Shown: piece by piece, positions 60,668 to 64,000 of the stretch
Layout: every line of letters starts with the position of its first letter
Numbering within the stretch: the stretch's first letter is position 1
NCBI GenBank assembly: GCA_041744215.1
Contig: JBGTLG010000036.1
Span: 1-64,000 of the forward strand
Source of the DNA: Fimbriimonadales bacterium
GTDB lineage: Bacteria; Armatimonadota; Fimbriimonadia; Fimbriimonadales; ATM1
Reading direction: 5' to 3'
DNA: 64,000 nt
Program-made: the position numbers and the translations under genes
Notes under the pieces: model-generated
Told to the model about the DNA's origin: nothing
Databases searched by the model: none
Seen by the model: only the letters and a program-made list of their open reading frames with translations

Positions 60668-62659
60668 TTATACAGGAGCGCCTAAGTGAGAATCGATTTG
60701 TAAATCCTCATACACCCTCTCGATCTCCTCCTCCGACCCGTCGCCATCAATGAACAGCCGGTGCCACACCTCTAACGCAAGCAACACCCAGATACCCTGT
60801 TCTCGATCCACTTTTCGGCTCAGGTGATCCTCAACGACGCGTCGCACAACATCTGGACGGAAGTAGCCGCGCGACAATGAGCGCTCACTGAGCAGCGTGT
60901 CGCGCACGAAGTTCGCCCACGGTCCGATGAACCACCGAGTGAGCGGAACCGTGAATCCGACCTTGCGACGATAGATTGCTTCCTGCGGCATATACCTTTC
61001 CGCAAGCCGCTTCAGCAATCGTTTCGTCTCCGTTCCCTGCACGTGATAGGATGCTGGCAGCGACGCAGCGAATTCGACGATGCGGTGATCCATCAATGGA
61101 ACACGAGCCTCTACAGATGCTCCCATGCTCATACGATCTCCCTTAACGAGCAGATCATCTACAAGTCGTGTCTGAATGTCGCAGTACTGGAATCGCTTCA
61201 AAGCCGATGAACTGTCACACTCAGCAATGATCGGCACGATGGATCGCCGAAGAAACTCCTCGCCTACATGTGCGCGCAACTCTTTATCCAAGATCGCGGA
61301 TTGTGCCCAGAAGTCGAATGCTCCGTACCAAGAAGAGTAACGCTTTGCAGGTTCGTTGAGCGCCAAAATCTCTAAGATTGCTCTGAGCCTTCTCGCCTTG
61401 AAAGGCATCAACTTCCCACCGGTCTTTAGAAGGGCCTTTCTAACGAGAGAAGGCATCCAATCGAAGTACTTGGAGTATGCATCGAAGGCGTACTTGCCGT
61501 ACCCGCCGAACTGCTCGTCGGCGCCTTCCCCGCAGAGCATGACCGTCACATCCTGTTTGGCATGCTTGCACATAAGGTACGTCGGAACAGCGGGCGGCTC
61601 ACCAATCGGCTCGTCATAAATCCAAGCGAGATGAACAAGCTCGCGCAGGTACTCCGACGCCCCCACGTTTATCTCGTTATGAATCGTCCCGTAGCGATCG
61701 GCCACCATGTTGGCGTATCGCAGTTCGCTAAAGCCTGGCTGATCGAAACCCACAGAGTAGGTGTGGATCTGCTTGCGCTCCCCACGCTCTTCTCGCGCAA
61801 GCTGCATCATCGCGACAACGATGCTGCTGTCGACACCGCCAGACAGCTCCGCCCCAACAGGTACATCCGACATCAGCTGCATCGCAACTGTCTCACGCAA
61901 CATCCGATCCAGTAGCTCAAGGGCGTCGTCAAATTTAGGTGGACTGTCTGGGACGGCGAATGACGGCCGCCAAAATCGCTGCGGTTCTGTTGGTTCCCGA
62001 TCGCCCAAGCCTATCGATATCCATGTTGCCTCTTGTAATTTGTGAACACCTTCAAACATGCTATAGGGTCGAGAAACGTACCGACACGTGAGAAACTGTG
62101 CAAGCCCTGCAGTGTTTACGGCTGGCTTCTGAATGCCCGGAAACTTTAGCAAAGCTTTTACTTCACTCGCAAACACAAGCCGATTGCCGTCAAAGAGGTA
62201 GAAGAGGGGCTTGACACCCATGTGATCGCGCGCGAGATAAAGCCTCCGGGCTCGAACATCGTAAATCGCAAATCCAAATATCCCCTGGACTCGTTGGAGA
62301 AGACCCTCAATGCCCCACTCTTCAAAGCCATGTAAGAGCACTTCGCTGTCTGCGTTCGATCGAAACGTGTGCGCAGCCGCGATCAGCTCAGCCTTGAGTG
62401 AGCCGAAGTTATAGATTTCTCCATTGAACACAAGCCACAACGACCCGTCCTCGTTCGACATCGGCTGGTCTCCGGTGACCAAGTCGACAATAGCCAAGCG
62501 ACGAAAGCCCAACCAACACAACCCATCCGGAGATTCCCACTCGCCTTCGGCGTCGGGACCACGGTGTCGGATCGAATGGAGAATGGCTTTTCGGTGTTCA
62601 GTTGCGAGGTTTAAGCCAGGGTCGCCCCCGACCCTGAAGAATCCTGCGATTCCACACAT
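60668..62659 (-). CDS. asnB: Asparagine synthase (glutamine-hydrolysing) family amidotransferase
   Basis: MCGIAG, HRGPD, NGEIYNF, LSGGVDSS, GEGADE.FGGY. Confidence 0.95.
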   Translation of the reverse strand: MCGIAGFFRVGGDPGLNLATEHRKAILHSIRHRGPDAEGEWESPDGLCWLGFRRLAIVDLVTGDQPMSNEDGSLWLVFNGEIYNFGSLKAELIAAAHTFRSNADSEVLLHGFEEWGIEGLLQRVQGIFGFAIYDVRARRLYLARDHMGVKPLFYLFDGNRLVFASEVKALLKFPGIQKPAVNTAGLAQFLTCRYVSRPYSMFEGVHKLQEATWISIGLGDREPTEPQRFWRPSFAVPDSPPKFDDALELLDRMLRETVAMQLMSDVPVGAELSGGVDSSIVVAMMQLAREERGERKQIHTYSVGFDQPGFSELRYANMVADRYGTIHNEINVGASEYLRELVHLAWIYDEPIGEPPAVPTYLMCKHAKQDVTVMLCGEGADEQFGGYGKYAFDAYSKYFDWMPSLVRKALLKTGGKLMPFKARRLRAILEILALNEPAKRYSSWYGAFDFWAQSAILDKELRAHVGEEFLRRSIVPIIAECDSSSALKRFQYCDIQTRLVDDLLVKGDRMSMGASVEARVPLMDHRIVEFAASLPASYHVQGTETKRLLKRLAERYMPQEAIYRRKVGFTVPLTRWFIGPWANFVRDTLLSERSLSRGYFRPDVVRRVVEDHLSRKVDREQGIWVLLALEVWHRLFIDGDGSEEEIERVYEDLQIDSHLGAPV

Positions 62660-62754
62660 TTATGTTCCTCATTAGATGCACGCACTGCATGATTTCCAGG
62701 CTAATAGCCGAACGTTTTCCCCGTCGCAACTTGTAATTGGCCATACTCCAGAGC

Positions 62755-64000
62755 ATGAGTGCCCGGGCACTATGGCCTTTCGCCGTTCTCGCTGTCGTTG
62801 CGTTCCTTCCTACCTGGCAGTTTCTATTCGGCGGTCAAGTCCCAGCTCCCGTTGACCATGTGAATTCTCTCCCTCCGTGGAACGGTGCGCCTGCAGACTC
62901 GCCGATAGACATTTTACAACTAGATGGCGCACTTCAGTTCTTGCCATGGCGCGAATTAATGCTGGTTTCTTACAAAAAGGGCGAAGTACCTATCTGGAAC
63001 GACCACGTTATGGGTGGAATTCCGTTCATGGCAAACTCCCAATCAGCGCCACTGTATCCATTGCACATCGCATGGGGTTTAACCGACCTCTCCGCCGAGG
63101 CTCTGCTCTCATTCTCTGCTTGGCTGCACCTCTGGATCGCGGGCTGCGGCATGTTCCTGCTCTGTCGCAGGCTAGGAGGTGCCGTCGGCGGCGCGCTGAT
63201 CGGGGCGACCGCTGTGATGCTCTCCTCCTTCTTCATCGGTTGGCTCCAACTTCCGAGCGTAGTTATGACCGCGAGCTGGATTCCTTGGGCGATGGTTGGT
63301 GTGCTTCGCCTTTTTGAGGAACCGACTGGCAAGTCTGTCGCGAAGCTCGCATTGGCGATCGCCCTCATGCTTCTCTCGGGTCATCTGCAAATCGCTATGT
63401 ATGGGTTGTTGGCAACGGGGTTGTATGCAATCTGGCTTGGCGCATCCCGCAGGCTGATAAAGACTCTCGCATGGGTGGCAAGCGCTCTGACTTTCGGCCT
63501 GATGGTCGCTGCTCCACAACTCGGGCCCGTTCTCGAAAACGGGCGCGAAGGGCACCGAGCACAACCGCCGACCGCGGACGGTTATCGTGGATACTCCGCC
63601 CTCGCGCTTACCCCGCGTCACCTGTCCGTCCTCGTCGCGCCGACCGTATTCGGTTTGCCAGGGGAATGGGTTGAGTTGGAAGACGGCAGGGCTCCGTCTT
63701 ACTGGCTCTCACTCGAAGAGCAAGGGAGGAACTACGCCGAGTTGGCCCTCTACGTCGGACCCGTCGCTATCCCTCTCTTCCTGCTTGGGTTCGCAGCGTT
63801 GTGGCGTCGGCCGGAAGCGAACTTCTTCGGCTTCTTGGCTGTGTTTGCTCTTCTGGTAGCGCTCGGAACATTCGTGACCCAAGCGATGTATTGGGGGATC
63901 CCCGGTTGGGCCGCCACCGGGTCGCCGGGCCGAATTGCGATACTGGCGGTCATTGCGATTGGCGCACTCGCAGGGGCGGCGATTCGGGAGGATCAAGAAA
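62755..64000 (+). CDS. YfhO-like GT-C membrane glycosyltransferase (partial, runs off the window)
   Basis: Manual translation from ATG 62755: ...QFLPWR...GEVPIWNDHVMGGIPFMANSQSAPLYP, then many TM segments; absent from the ORF track because no stop is reached. Confidence 0.82.
   Translation, partial: MSARALWPFAVLAVVAFLPTWQFLFGGQVPAPVDHVNSLPPWNGAPADSPIDILQLDGALQFLPWRELMLVSYKKGEVPIWNDHVMGGIPFMANSQSAPLYPLHIAWGLTDLSAEALLSFSAWLHLWIAGCGMFLLCRRLGGAVGGALIGATAVMLSSFFIGWLQLPSVVMTASWIPWAMVGVLRLFEEPTGKSVAKLALAIALMLLSGHLQIAMYGLLATGLYAIWLGASRRLIKTLAWVASALTFGLMVAAPQLGPVLENGREGHRAQPPTADGYRGYSALALTPRHLSVLVAPTVFGLPGEWVELEDGRAPSYWLSLEEQGRNYAELALYVGPVAIPLFLLGFAALWRRPEANFFGFLAVFALLVALGTFVTQAMYWGIPGWAATGSPGRIAILAVIAIGALAGAAIREDQE

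Noticed and set aside
60640-60670. Fluoride riboswitch for crcB
   Set aside because: The GGCGATGG match is on the wrong strand inside the CDS, and the upstream gap is only 8 nt.

Overview
GC-rich bacterial chromosomal window, densely coding and mostly housekeeping. The gene content (diderm envelope plus DivIVA, MutS2 and BMP) suggests Armatimonadota/Fimbriimonadia; this is an inference. The window opens with the 3' end of a 16S rRNA gene that has no tRNA or 23S gene after it. Recognisable genes include fabD-fabG-acpP-fabF, mutS2-cdd, rfbD, trpA, sthA, tRNA-His, GH116, nfo, gatB, divIVA, nuoF, a Tat-signal Fe/Mn SOD, tilS-ftsH, arsC-porin-pstSCAB, parAB, crcB, asnB and a YfhO-like gene running off the end. 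The best finding is a hidden selenoprotein: an exported deiodinase-like gene (41213-41797) with an in-frame TGA in FGSYT-U-PPF followed by a SECIS-like hairpin, which the ORF track splits in two. Other highlights: two orphan two-gene secreted-protein modules linked to homopolymer tracts (C14 frameshift, G9 in a LuxR gene), frequent -10 boxes directly before start codons (leaderless-type), signal peptides lacking basic residues, a possible CUG start for pstB, and Pho-box-like repeats before arsC and the pst operon. No CRISPR array, IS or prophage was seen. Family calls come from motif recognition by eye; no searches were run.
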